Assembly: GCA_041912555.1 (NCBI GenBank)
Contig: JAYRMU010000017.1
Location: 2,608 to 66,607 of the forward strand
Length of the DNA stretch: 64,000 nt
Origin: Thermoanaerobaculia bacterium
Lineage (GTDB): Bacteria > Acidobacteriota > Thermoanaerobaculia > UBA5066 > Gp7-AA6
Direction: 5' to 3'
Made by a program: the position numbers and the translations under genes. Positions 38,439-46,974 of this stretch are shown piece after piece. Within the stretch, counting starts at the first letter, position 1; each line of letters opens with the position of its first letter. The notes beneath the pieces were generated by a model that worked only from the letters and a program-made list of their open reading frames with translations, was not told the origin of the DNA and searched no databases.

Positions 38439-39575
38439 TCATCGGGCCTCCTTCTCCTGCTCGGCCTGCTCGTCCTTGCCGGTCAGGAAGTGGACCGTCG
38501 CCCGGAGTGCCGCGCGGGAGTCCTTCGTCGTGGGGATGTTGTAGCGGTCGAACACCGCCCGCGTCTTGTGGCCCGTGATCCCCATCGCCACGATCGCGGG
38601 GACTCCGGCGCGGGTCATGTTCGTGATCGCGGACCGGCGGAAGTCGTGGAAGTGGAGGCCGGGTTTCCCGGCGGCCGTGCAGGCCCTCGCCCACCGCTTG
38701 CGCCAGTCGCCCAGGGGGCGGCCGTTCTCGTGGAACACGAAAGTCGAGAGCGACGGGCCGTCCGGCGTCTCGAACCGGCGAGCGGCCTCACGGCGCGCGA
38801 TCACCTCCGCGAGCTCCGCCTCGAGCGGCAGCACCCGGCCGCGACCGTTCTTCGAGGTGTAGAGCCACGCCTCGCCGTTCTTCGTGTCGATCCGGTCGAA
38901 GGTGAGGCCCTCGACCTCGCCACGCCGCCAGCCGGAGCGGTAGGCGAACAGGCAGACGTCGGCGTGGACGCTCGGGGCGCCGTTGACCCCCGAGAGCGCC
39001 CGGTACAGCTTCCAGAAGTCCTCCTCCTCCACGAACCCCTGCCGCACGTTGTCCACGTGGGCGAGCTCGAAGTAGGGGACCCGATCGACCGAGATCCGCT
39101 TCTTCTTCGCCGCGAGGATGTAGGCGGAGCGGAGGATCTCGAAGTAGTGATCGACCGTCGAGAGGTCCCGCCGCTTGCCCGAGACGGTGCCGTCCTTCCT
39201 CGGGGCCCGGTCCTCCGCCAGCCACGCCGTCCGCGCGTGTTCGAGGGTGGCGGCCGTGACCTCGACCGCCTTCAACGGCCCGAGGGCGGCCGAGATGATT
39301 TTCCGTTGAGGGTCGAACGTCTCAAGGGACTTCTTCCCGCGCAGGACGAGGCTCTCACGGTAGGCGGTCAGAAGGTCCTCGACGGTGAGCGTGGCCTCCT
39401 CGGCGTAGGCGAACCGGCCCGCGGCGACCTCTTTCCGAAGGGCGCGCCAGGCCTCGAGGGCCTCGGACTTCGTGCGGAACGGTCCCCGCTTGAGACGGGG
39501 GAGGTGCTTGCGGGGGACGAAGCACCACCAGCTGTTCCGATCCTTCGGCTTGAAAACTCCGCCGTCGCCCCTCAT
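38439..39575 (-). CDS. int: Tyrosine-type site-specific integrase (island, adjacent to attL/tRNA)
   Basis: 378 aa with the C-terminal catalytic region HDFRRSAITNMTRAGVP...GH.T...YNI (R-H-R-Y). Confidence 0.85.
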   Translation of the reverse strand: MRGDGGVFKPKDRNSWWCFVPRKHLPRLKRGPFRTKSEALEAWRALRKEVAAGRFAYAEEATLTVEDLLTAYRESLVLRGKKSLETFDPQRKIISAALGPLKAVEVTAATLEHARTAWLAEDRAPRKDGTVSGKRRDLSTVDHYFEILRSAYILAAKKKRISVDRVPYFELAHVDNVRQGFVEEEDFWKLYRALSGVNGAPSVHADVCLFAYRSGWRRGEVEGLTFDRIDTKNGEAWLYTSKNGRGRVLPLEAELAEVIARREAARRFETPDGPSLSTFVFHENGRPLGDWRKRWARACTAAGKPGLHFHDFRRSAITNMTRAGVPAIVAMGITGHKTRAVFDRYNIPTTKDSRAALRATVHFLTGKDEQAEQEKEAR

Positions 39576-39736
39576 CGCCGCCCCCTTCTCGCCTTCCGGG
39601 TGAGGAACCGTTCGAGGGCCTCGATCACGATCGAGCGGAAGTCGGTGTCGTCCTCCGCCGCCCTGATCCGCGCACGGCGGTGGAGGTCCGCGGGCAGGAT
39701 GATCGTCGTTTTCTTCCCGGGTCCCGGTTTCGTCAT
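39572..39736 (-). CDS. Ribbon-helix-helix (CopG/Arc-like) small DNA-binding protein
   Basis: 54-aa MTKPGPGKKTTIILPADLHRRARIRAAEDDTDFRSIVIEALERFL...; ATGA overlap with int. Confidence 0.55.
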   Translation of the reverse strand: MTKPGPGKKTTIILPADLHRRARIRAAEDDTDFRSIVIEALERFLTRKARRGRR

Positions 39737-39762
39737 GGGGCCGTCCTTTCTGCTCTACGGCT

Positions 39763-40167
39763 TTACGGCTGCGCCGTATTGCCTCGGCCCCGACATTTTA
39801 CCGCGTAGGCTTCGAGGTCGCCACGGTCGAACCGGACGACCCCCGGGGAGGGGCGCACCACGGGCAGCTTTCCGGCGGCTGCAAGGCGTGTCACGGTGCT
39901 TTTCGAGACGCGGAGGAGCGCGGCGGCCTCCGAAGCGTCCACGAGGCGCGAACCGGGGGCGCTCGAAGGCTCGGGCGCGGCTGGGGCGGCAGCGGCGGCG
40001 GCCGTCAGGGCGGCGTGGCGGCTCGTCAGGAGCGCCCCGGCGCGGAAGGCGAGCCCGGACAGCTCGAGGGCCTCGGCCGCGGTGAGGTCCCCGGCGGAGG
40101 CCTCGACCTCCGAGAGGAGCGCGACCAGGCGGGGGAGCCGGTCCGGCGGAACAGCGACGGGCCTCAT
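39763..40167 (-). CDS. Excisionase-family HTH DNA-binding protein
   Basis: C-terminal LLRVSKSTVTRLAAAGKLPVVRPSPGVVRFDRGDLEAY matches excisionase/MerR-like HTH. Confidence 0.6.
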   Translation of the reverse strand: MRPVAVPPDRLPRLVALLSEVEASAGDLTAAEALELSGLAFRAGALLTSRHAALTAAAAAAPAAPEPSSAPGSRLVDASEAAALLRVSKSTVTRLAAAGKLPVVRPSPGVVRFDRGDLEAYAVKCRGRGNTAQP

Positions 40168-40526
40168 CGCCTCGGCCGCCTTCCGGTTCCGGCGAGGTCG
40201 GCCGCGAACTCGCGCGCGACCGCCGTCTCATCGTCCGAGGTCCGCACCTCGGGCGGTGCCGGGACGAAGGACGGGTCAGGCTTCTTTTTCTCCCGGTAGA
40301 GCCCCGAGAGCCCGAGCCGTTCGGTTTCATCGAGTACCAGGGGCGGGCGTCCGGCCATGAACTCGGCCACCCGGAGCCGTGCGGCCTCGATCTGCTCGGG
40401 CGTCCGCCGCGCCTTCGGCGTCGGCGCGTCGTCTGCCGGACGAGCGCCGGGACGGGAGCGCCGAACCTTGCGACCGAGGTTCCAGAGCATCGAGCCGGTG
40501 CCGCGGCCGTAGATGGGGCGGCTCAT
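40164..40526 (-). CDS. Hypothetical island protein (120 aa)
   Basis: The internal start MSRPIYGRG... has a good SD (aggaag). Composition is diverse. There are ATGA overlaps on both sides. Confidence 0.45.
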   Translation of the reverse strand: MSRPIYGRGTGSMLWNLGRKVRRSRPGARPADDAPTPKARRTPEQIEAARLRVAEFMAGRPPLVLDETERLGLSGLYREKKKPDPSFVPAPPEVRTSDDETAVAREFAADLAGTGRRPRR

Positions 40527-40771
40527 GTTTCTTCCTCTACCGCCTCGGGCCGCCGGACGCTGTACGTCGCCCGGAGACGTGCAACAGCTTCGGCGTTCGC
40601 CTTGCGCGCGGCCTCCCACCGCTGGCGCGTGGCTTCATCTGGCGGAGTCAGGAGCCGCACGAACGGGCGCCGGGAGGGGCGTGGGGAGGGGTCAGCCGCC
40701 AGAACGCGCGTCCGCCCGCCCGTCGAAGCGGCGTGGGGCGTCTCGTGGCTCCGCGTGGTCGTGTTCTTCAT
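40523..40771 (-). CDS. Hypothetical island protein (82 aa)
   Basis: MKNTTTRSHETPHAASTGG...; 4-nt overlaps with both neighbours. Confidence 0.4.
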   Translation of the reverse strand: MKNTTTRSHETPHAASTGGRTRVLAADPSPRPSRRPFVRLLTPPDEATRQRWEAARKANAEAVARLRATYSVRRPEAVEEET

Positions 40772-42267
40772 CGGGCGGGGCCCTTCTCGATCCGCGACCG
40801 ATTCGCGGGGCGCATGAACCGGCCGCACGCGGGAGGGGGAGCAGAGGCAGGCCCGGGGACCGTAGGACTACCTACCTCGCTATCTGGGAATTTCGCGCAC
40901 GGCCCGCTTGAACTCGACAGGGAATTTCCGGCACGGCCCGCTTGAGGATTCTCGCTTGTGGAAATCGCCGTGTTCGGCTCCGCGAGCGGCGTCTCCGTGT
41001 CCCTTTCCGACAGGGAATTTCCCGCACGGCCCGCTTGAAGATTCTCGACGCCGATCGCCTTGATGAGGCTCCCCACCCGGCGCAGCCCGTGCTTCCCGTA
41101 AGGCACGATTTCCGCCAGCCAAACGACGCGCGGCAGTAGCTCGAGGAGGACGCGCTCGGGCGGCAGGCTGTCCGGTTTCATCCCGAAGGCCTCGAGGACG
41201 AGCCGCACGTCCCGCCGGGCGAAGGACCGGCGCTCCCCGACCTTCCACTTCGGGCAGGGCTCGTGCATCACGCGCTCGCCCCGGAGACAGAAACAGGGGA
41301 GGGCGTAGTAGAGGGGGACCGCTCCGACCTCGCCGTCCACGTCCTCGAAGAAAATCCGAAGCGTGCATTCGCCCCACCCGAGGTGGAGGTGGCGCGGCTC
41401 CCCGACCTCGATAGCGCGAAGGCGGCGGACCTCTCGAGACTCTGCTGCGGCGGAACCCGGACGGGGAAGTCGGGGAAGCCTCGTCGCCCATGCGACGATC
41501 CGCTCGACCTCGTCCGTTGAGAGGTCACGGTCACCCCGCTTGATGCGGGCGCGTTTCTCGAGAAGGTCCGCCCGGATTTCGTGGGCGTCGTAGCCGAGGT
41601 TCCAGAGCGAAGCGGCCCGCTTCGAGAGGTAGTCGTGGCGCTCGCCGGGGGTCAGGGCCTCCGGCTCTCGATCTGCGGCCTGTAGAACCAGCCGCACGGC
41701 GGCGGGATGAGCCGCGAGAACCTCGGCCAGGGTGAACCGCTCACCGCTGCCCGGCCGGAACTCCACGAGGAACGGCTCGCCCTTGTAGTGGAGGAACCCC
41801 GGCAGGCGCATGACGCGCGGCCGATCGTGGACGGTCCCGTCCGAGCCGTAGTGCGCGGCGATCTGCCTCTGCGCGGGACCGAACAACGCGAGCGGTTCAC
41901 CGTGGACGAGGGACCAGTAGGCGTGCGGGCCGCCGCGTGAGAGCGTCTCGAAACTCGGGTCGAGCGCATACTTCTCCGGCGCTCCCTGATCGAAGTCCGC
42001 GAACAGAGCGCGGAGCCCGACGATATTCGCGGCCTTGCGCCCGCGAAGGTCCGTCTCGTTGACGGTGACGAAAATGCCGACGCCCCGGGCGTTGAGGTTC
42101 GCCAGCGTCTCGACGTGCTGTTCGAGCGTCCCGTGAAGGATGCGAGATAGCGTCGAGCGCGTAGAGCCGCCCGGCTTGCGGTCATCGAACGTCTGGAAGG
42201 TCACGCGCGCGGAGGCCGAGCCCGTGAGGGCCTCGAGGAAGGCGCGGGCGGCGGCGGGGTCGATCAC
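40768..42267 (-). CDS. Prim-pol / RepB'-like replication primase; C-terminal ~100 aa overlaps iteron-like repeats
   Basis: N-terminal VTFQTFDD...GSTRS...NARGVGIFVTVNETD...LFADFD matches the bifunctional primase-polymerase fold of P4-alpha/plasmid RepB' type. The GTG start overlaps the upstream stop. Confidence 0.6.
   Translation of the reverse strand: MIDPAAARAFLEALTGSASARVTFQTFDDRKPGGSTRSTLSRILHGTLEQHVETLANLNARGVGIFVTVNETDLRGRKAANIVGLRALFADFDQGAPEKYALDPSFETLSRGGPHAYWSLVHGEPLALFGPAQRQIAAHYGSDGTVHDRPRVMRLPGFLHYKGEPFLVEFRPGSGERFTLAEVLAAHPAAVRLVLQAADREPEALTPGERHDYLSKRAASLWNLGYDAHEIRADLLEKRARIKRGDRDLSTDEVERIVAWATRLPRLPRPGSAAAESREVRRLRAIEVGEPRHLHLGWGECTLRIFFEDVDGEVGAVPLYYALPCFCLRGERVMHEPCPKWKVGERRSFARRDVRLVLEAFGMKPDSLPPERVLLELLPRVVWLAEIVPYGKHGLRRVGSLIKAIGVENLQAGRAGNSLSERDTETPLAEPNTAISTSENPQAGRAGNSLSSSSGPCAKFPDSEVGSPTVPGPASAPPPACGRFMRPANRSRIEKGPAR
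40886..41047. repeat. Three ~34-bp direct repeats gggaatttc[c/g][c/g]gcacggcccgcttga..ttctcg (iteron-like)
   Basis: Copies at ~40886, ~40920 (tandem with the first) and ~41013. They lie within the 3' end of the primase ORF. On translation they give the repeated peptide QAGRAGNSLS twice, and a third copy in another phase. Confidence 0.55.
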
Positions 42268-42704
42268 TCGGGGAACGGCTCCGGGTGGATCAGGGCGATG
42301 AGGCCGGAGCGGTGGACCTCGGGGATATGCGACGGGGCGTGATAAACGAAACCGAGCCGCACGAGCCGATCGCTGCACCGCAGGCAGATCAGCCGCCTGT
42401 CGCCCGCGTACCGCTCCGCCTCATCGGGGCCGTACTCCCACGCCATACCGCGCCGGAGGCAGACCTCGCACCTCGGGCGCTCGGCCCCGGCGCTCCACGA
42501 CTCGTTCCGCCGGACCCACGCGACGACGGCGGCCTTCCAGTTTTTCATCGGCTGGCGACCCATCTGCCACCCGACGCCCTCGTAGTAGGCGACGAAGTAG
42601 TCCGCGTCGATTTCGAGGCCGCGCTCGTCCGCGAAGGCGTGAACCTCCTCCGCCGTGGGCGGGACGAACTCGACGGCGGCCTTCGCCTTCGGCGCGCGAC
42701 TCAT
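42264..42704 (-). CDS. Hypothetical zinc-ribbon protein (CxxC...CxxC)
   Basis: 146 aa with ...CEVCLRRG...CLRCSDR...; 4-nt overlaps with both neighbours. Confidence 0.5.
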   Translation of the reverse strand: MSRAPKAKAAVEFVPPTAEEVHAFADERGLEIDADYFVAYYEGVGWQMGRQPMKNWKAAVVAWVRRNESWSAGAERPRCEVCLRRGMAWEYGPDEAERYAGDRRLICLRCSDRLVRLGFVYHAPSHIPEVHRSGLIALIHPEPFPE

Positions 42705-43003
42705 GTCTCGACCCTGCCTGTCGCCTCCGGGCGCGCGGCGAACTCCGCCAGGGCGCGGGCGAGATTCTCGGCGGCAGTCTCGAGGGCGGCGGCGTAGTCC
42801 TTCACCGCAGAGACGACGCCCTCGTCGTAGGACCCTTCGTCGTAGAGCGGATCATCGAACCATTCGACATCGAGCCGGGCCCGGATGCCGCGTTCGCGCG
42901 CCCCGAGGATGTACCGCTGAACCCGGAGCGCCCGCTGTTCGGCCTCAAGCCTCTGCCGCCTCGCCCGCTCCTTGGCTTTTGTCTTTTTCCGTGCCGCGTT
43001 CAT
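42701..43003 (-). CDS. Hypothetical basic coiled-coil protein (100 aa)
   Basis: MNAARKKTKAKERARRQRLEAEQRALRVQRYILG...; the upstream part of the 224-aa ORF is Arg/Gly artefact. Confidence 0.45.
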   Translation of the reverse strand: MNAARKKTKAKERARRQRLEAEQRALRVQRYILGARERGIRARLDVEWFDDPLYDEGSYDEGVVSAVKDYAAALETAAENLARALAEFAARPEATGRVET

Positions 43004-43710
43004 TGCGTCACCTCGTCCGCTTTCCCGAGCCTCTCGAGCGTCCGAGGGTCCACGGCCTCCGGGGGCCAGGCGCGGCCAGAGGCGTAGTCGGCGTGGGCGT
43101 CCGGTTCGCCAGCATCGACGCTCGCCACCCAGAAGAACCGATAGCGCGCGCCGAACCTCGAGAGCTCCGGCCGGGCCGCGTGCCCCACGACCCTGTTGCC
43201 CTTGAACCCGTCCGCGATGAACGATCCGAGGGCCCGCCGCCCATCCGGGTCGCCCTCGGGCGTCGTGACTCCGACGAATCCTTCCCGAACGTAGGGCCGC
43301 CGCGACACGTCCTCGAGCCACGTGACCGGCCCGCGCACCGGCTCCGCCTCGTGATCCGCCCCGTGAATCGGACACGGAGGCCGCAGGCCGCGGCGATCGA
43401 GGTGCGCGAGGATCAGACCGAATTTCTGCTCGGCCTCCTCGCCTACGATCGCGCCCGAGAGCATCTCGACCGCGTCAGCGAGGAGCGCGTTCGGGTCGTG
43501 CTGCTCCTTCTCGATGAGGCCGCCGCCCTCCGCGAACACGCGCGCGGCCTCGCGGAACGCGGCGGGCAGGCTCGGCGGGTACTCGCCCAGGCCTACGCCG
43601 TTCTCGGCGGCCACGTAATAGAGGAAACGCATGAAGTCCTCGGCGTCGGCGTGTGCGAGGACCTCGAGCGCGGCGGCGTCTGCCGCCTTCAGCTTCTTCT
43701 TCCTACTCAT
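43000..43710 (-). CDS. Hypothetical island protein (236 aa)
   Basis: MSRKKKLKAADAAALEVLAHADAEDFMRFLYYVAAENG...; no recognisable domain. Confidence 0.5.
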   Translation of the reverse strand: MSRKKKLKAADAAALEVLAHADAEDFMRFLYYVAAENGVGLGEYPPSLPAAFREAARVFAEGGGLIEKEQHDPNALLADAVEMLSGAIVGEEAEQKFGLILAHLDRRGLRPPCPIHGADHEAEPVRGPVTWLEDVSRRPYVREGFVGVTTPEGDPDGRRALGSFIADGFKGNRVVGHAARPELSRFGARYRFFWVASVDAGEPDAHADYASGRAWPPEAVDPRTLERLGKADEVTQ

Positions 43711-43991
43711 CGGCCTGCTCCTTTCGTCGGCCTCACGGCCGGGGGAACCGGGACGGGTGCGGGGTGGACGCGGTGGAGGAACACGGCGCCCGAGGGTGCG
43801 AAGGCCGGGAGCTCGGGCAGAGGCCGGACAAGGGCGAGGCGGGCGCACCGAAGCCAGCACTCCGAGCAGAGCAGCCGCCCGGCGTCCTCGCCCAGACTCG
43901 GGGCGTAGAGCTCGCCCCTGATTCCGCAGAGGCCGCACGTCGGCGGGTCCTCGGGCCTCCACGGCGCGGGGCTGTAGGCGGTCGCGCTCAA
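43707..43991 (-). CDS. Possible small CxxC...CxxC protein (94 aa, TTG start)
   Basis: ...CGLCGIRGELY...CSECWLRC...; the TTGA overlap with the upstream gene fits the operon's 4-nt overlap pattern. Confidence 0.3.
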   Translation of the reverse strand: MSATAYSPAPWRPEDPPTCGLCGIRGELYAPSLGEDAGRLLCSECWLRCARLALVRPLPELPAFAPSGAVFLHRVHPAPVPVPPAVRPTKGAGR

Positions 43992-44359
43992 TGCTCGCCC
44001 CGGAGGAAGGGGAGAACGAAGGGGAGGACGCGGAGCGGCCTCCCGACGTGGACCACCTTCTCGGGGACCACGGCGATCGGGATACCGCCCCCGGTGGCGC
44101 GCGCAGTCGCCTTCGCGGCATCGAGCGCGGCCCGGATCGGATCGGCGCACCCGTCGCAGAGGTTCTCGACCGGCTCGTCCGGGCCGTCGATCCGCGGGTT
44201 GCCGAGGGTGACGAACCCGTCGCCCTCCTCGAACTTGTAGCCGCACCCGCCGCAGTAGCCGCGCTCGTAGAGAAACCGGCGATGCTCCTCGGTGAACTGT
44301 CCGGCCGCGCGAACCTCCGCGAGGGCCTTCATCACGCACGTCCACGTCCGCGGCTTCAA
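43988..44359 (-). CDS. Hypothetical Cys-rich protein (123 aa)
   Basis: MKPRTWTCVMKALAEV...YCGGCGYKFEEGD...CDGCADP. Confidence 0.45.
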   Translation of the reverse strand: MKPRTWTCVMKALAEVRAAGQFTEEHRRFLYERGYCGGCGYKFEEGDGFVTLGNPRIDGPDEPVENLCDGCADPIRAALDAAKATARATGGGIPIAVVPEKVVHVGRPLRVLPFVLPFLRGEH

Positions 44360-44685
44360 TGGCCACCCCCTTCCGCCACCGGCCAGAGCGTCCGCTCGCG
44401 GACGACGCCGCCCCCGTCGAGGAAGAACTCACCGAGACGGCGGCCGGGATCTTCTTCACGCTCGAGACGGTCGAGGGCGTCCGAGCCCGCCCGCCAGAGC
44501 TCGGCCGCCCGCTCCTTCCCGGCGCACGCCTTCATGCCGTGGACGATCACGACGCGGCACCCGCGGAGAAGGGCGAAGGCGACGAGCGCGCGGTACTTCG
44601 TCGGCTCGATCTCCGCTTCGGCCATCGGGGTGACGATCACGACCGGGGCAGCCGCCTTGACAGGCGATGCGATACTTGAGGGCAT
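44356..44685 (-). CDS. Hypothetical island protein (109 aa)
   Basis: MPSSIASPVKAAAPVVIVTPMAEAEIEPTKYRALVAFALLRGCRVVIVHGMKACAGKE... Confidence 0.45.
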   Translation of the reverse strand: MPSSIASPVKAAAPVVIVTPMAEAEIEPTKYRALVAFALLRGCRVVIVHGMKACAGKERAAELWRAGSDALDRLEREEDPGRRLGEFFLDGGGVVRERTLWPVAEGGGH

Positions 44686-44740
44686 CGAGTCCTCCTTCCC
44701 AGGGTGAGGGCGCCGTTGCTCGCGGCGTCCTTTCGTTTTT

Positions 44741-44905
44741 TCAGCCGACCTTTCTCGTTCTGATCCGCTGGACGATCCGCGCCTCGGCCCGGCGGAGGTA
44801 CTCCCGTTCGGCCCGGAACCACCGGCGCGTCTCCTCGGGCTCGCCCGCTGCCGGGTACGCGGGCCGCTGGCGGAACTCGAGGAGACGGCCGTTCTCGCGG
44901 CTCAT
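44741..44905 (-). CDS. Possible small protein (54 aa)
   Basis: MSRENGRLLEFRQRPAYPAAGEPEETRRWFRAEREYLRRAEARIVQRIRTRKVG; weak RBS. Confidence 0.2.
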   Translation of the reverse strand: MSRENGRLLEFRQRPAYPAAGEPEETRRWFRAEREYLRRAEARIVQRIRTRKVG

Positions 44906-45135
44906 CGGACGTTGACCCCGACCGTCTTGCCGAGGGCGATGCTCCGCTCGGCCGCCGTGGTGTAGTCCCCACGGCGCGCGGCCTCCCTGATCGCCTCGAG
45001 GGAAAAACCGAGCGCGGCCGGACTCATCTTCGAGCCCACCTGCGCGGTGAACCGCCGGGCGAGCTCGGCCGCCACGCGCTCGTTCTGATCGCGCCGAACC
45101 GCGTCGAAGGGATCGGACAGCCGGTGCGTGGTCAT
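44902..45135 (-). CDS. Hypothetical small protein (77 aa)
   Basis: Internal start MTTHRLSDPFDAVRRDQNERVAAELARRF...; ATGA overlap with the upstream gene. Confidence 0.35.
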   Translation of the reverse strand: MTTHRLSDPFDAVRRDQNERVAAELARRFTAQVGSKMSPAALGFSLEAIREAARRGDYTTAAERSIALGKTVGVNVR

Positions 45136-45887
45136 GCGGAGGCCACGACCTCGACGCCGCTCGAGGCGGCGACCTTCGCCTCCGGCCGGGGCAGCGTGTG
45201 CATCGGCCGGGAGGGCGCGGCCTCGGGGGCGGGGCGCTTGAGGAGCTCGACCACGGCGCGGAGGGCGTCGAGACTGCGGCCGGACTTCGCGGCCCATGCG
45301 TCACGCTCGGCCGCCTTCGTCGCCGCGAACTCCTCGGCCCCGCTCTCGGCGTGGAGGCCGGTGGCGAGGACCGCCTGCTTCTCCTCGAGACGCCGCTGCA
45401 GGTCCGCGATCTCGCTCCGCGTGGCCTCGTTCTTTTCGCGGACGCTGGCGAGGAACTGATCGGCACCGAGCGCCGGGTTCTCCGCCTCGGTGAGGAACCG
45501 GAGCGCCATCGAGTCCGAGACGGCGACCGCCTCCTCGGCCGAGGTCAGCGGCCGCCAGTAGGGCGTAGTCTTTCCCTCGAACACGTTGTCGAGGACGATC
45601 GGCAGGTCCCCGGGCATCTCCTCGTGGACCGTCTCGCCGGGCCAGATCAGCGAGGACTTCGGGATCTCCGGTCCCTCGGAGTGCTTCGTGCGCGTGTTCG
45701 GGTAGGCGCGGACCGCGCCACCCACGGCGAGCAGGAGCCGCGAGCGGACGACGCGCCCCGCCTTCTCGTTCTCCTGGTCCTTCTCGATCACCTTCGCCTC
45801 GGCCAGAACGCTGGCGAGGAGCTCGCGCGAAGGCGTGGCGGGTTTCGTCTCGGACGGTGCGGACTGTTTCGGGTTCTGGGAAGCCAT
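45132..45887 (-). CDS. Hypothetical island protein (251 aa), acidic/coiled-coil
   Basis: Composition is diverse and not GC-artefact-like (MASQNPKQSAPSETKPATPSRELLASVLAEAKVIEKDQENEK...). Confidence 0.55.
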   Translation of the reverse strand: MASQNPKQSAPSETKPATPSRELLASVLAEAKVIEKDQENEKAGRVVRSRLLLAVGGAVRAYPNTRTKHSEGPEIPKSSLIWPGETVHEEMPGDLPIVLDNVFEGKTTPYWRPLTSAEEAVAVSDSMALRFLTEAENPALGADQFLASVREKNEATRSEIADLQRRLEEKQAVLATGLHAESGAEEFAATKAAERDAWAAKSGRSLDALRAVVELLKRPAPEAAPSRPMHTLPRPEAKVAASSGVEVVASA

Positions 45888-45915
45888 CGAGTCCTCCTTC
45901 GGAAGTTGCCGCGCT

Positions 45916-46326
45916 CTACGAGGTCGGCGTGCGAGTGGGCGCAGCCGTGATCGTCTGCGTCGGCCTGATGAAAGGCGTCTGGGAGGGCGTAAAAGTCGGG
46001 GTCGGCGTCCACGGCGTGGTGGTGTTCGTCGGCGTGCGCGTGGCCGTCTGCGTGGGCGTGTTCGTGATCGTGGGGACCTTCGTCGCGGTGGCCGGGATCG
46101 GCGTGTAGGTCCTCGTGTTGTACGGCGTCGGCGTGTTCGTCTTGACGCCGGACGGGTGGCCGGGGAACACGTCCGAATACCCGAAGGCAGGGGTCTGGGT
46201 GGGGGTATTCGTGGCCGTGGGCGTGTTCGTCCGCGTGTTCGTGGGCGTGTTCGTCTGTCCCGAGGCGAGCGAAGCGACGAGGATGAGCGGGACCACGAGG
46301 AGCGCGATGCGGGGTAGGTTCTTCAC
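45916..46326 (-). CDS. Secreted Thr/Pro-rich low-complexity protein (TNTPT repeats)
   Basis: Signal peptide MKNLPRIALLVVPLILVASLASG, then ~110 aa dominated by T, P and N. This is unusual in a 70% GC genome and argues for real coding. Confidence 0.55.
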   Translation of the reverse strand: MKNLPRIALLVVPLILVASLASGQTNTPTNTRTNTPTATNTPTQTPAFGYSDVFPGHPSGVKTNTPTPYNTRTYTPIPATATKVPTITNTPTQTATRTPTNTTTPWTPTPTFTPSQTPFIRPTQTITAAPTRTPTS

Positions 46327-46345
46327 GGGACTTCTCCTTGCGGCT

Positions 46346-46756
46346 CTACTTCGCCGCGATCACTCGCGGCAGGATCGCCGCTTCGATTTCGGAATTCGGA
46401 TTGATGCGCGGGGCCACGCACGGCCACGCCTTCACGATCTGCTCGCGGATCACCGGGGCCGCCACGCTCTCGGGCGGGGCGGCACGAAGGCCCTCGAGAG
46501 CCACCGCGAGGACGTCGGAAAACTCGAGAGGCGGCGGGCAGGCGCGCTCGTCCGCGAACGTGAGTGACGCGGTGGCCTCGATGAACGCGCGGCAGCTCGA
46601 GGCGTCTCCGCCAGAGCAGGCACGAAGCACGGCCCCCGATAGCGCCGGATCGTCTGCGCCCACCTCGGGCGTCGTGACAGGGCGGGCGGAGGTGGACGCG
46701 CACGCCGTCGCCGCGAGTAGGGCGGCGGCACCGAGGCCCCGAGCGAGGCGCGCCAC
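46346..46756 (-). CDS. Putative small lipoprotein/secreted Cys-containing protein (136 aa)
   Basis: The start is a tentative GTG. Signal-like AAALLAATAC is followed by six Cys. Confidence 0.4.
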   Translation of the reverse strand: MARLARGLGAAALLAATACASTSARPVTTPEVGADDPALSGAVLRACSGGDASSCRAFIEATASLTFADERACPPPLEFSDVLAVALEGLRAAPPESVAAPVIREQIVKAWPCVAPRINPNSEIEAAILPRVIAAK

Positions 46757-46974
46757 GGGGGCCGCAATTCCCCCGGGCGCGGCACCCCGGTGCCGCCGCT
46801 TTTCGTTCGGAAGGGAGACGAGGCCGGACTCGTGCGCGGTGTGTGGCGCCCCCGTCAGGGCCACGGGAAGTGCGCTCGGGTGGATCAGCACCCGAGAGGC
46901 TTTCCGCCCGTTATGCCCGGTGCCGCTGACGGGGAAACGATCCGCGGGGAGTCCGGCCCCGCCTTGAAACCTGA

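Noticed and set aside
40886-41047. Possible CRISPR array
   Set aside because: There are only three repeats, 34 bp long and imperfect. Two abut directly with no spacer and the third lies at a different spacing. There are no cas genes. The location inside or next to a primase gene fits iterons instead.
40880-41491. ORF 40880..41491 (-) and plus-strand ORFs over the iteron region
   Set aside because: They are in different frames over the primase 3' end and repeats, with composition dominated by Arg/Gly. The primase frame or a non-coding origin explains the region.
43653-44707. Plus-strand ORFs 43631..43921, 43653..44240, 43991..44707 in the island
   Set aside because: They lie antisense to the tightly overlapping minus-strand small-gene operon. 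They are Arg/Pro-rich with no RBS.
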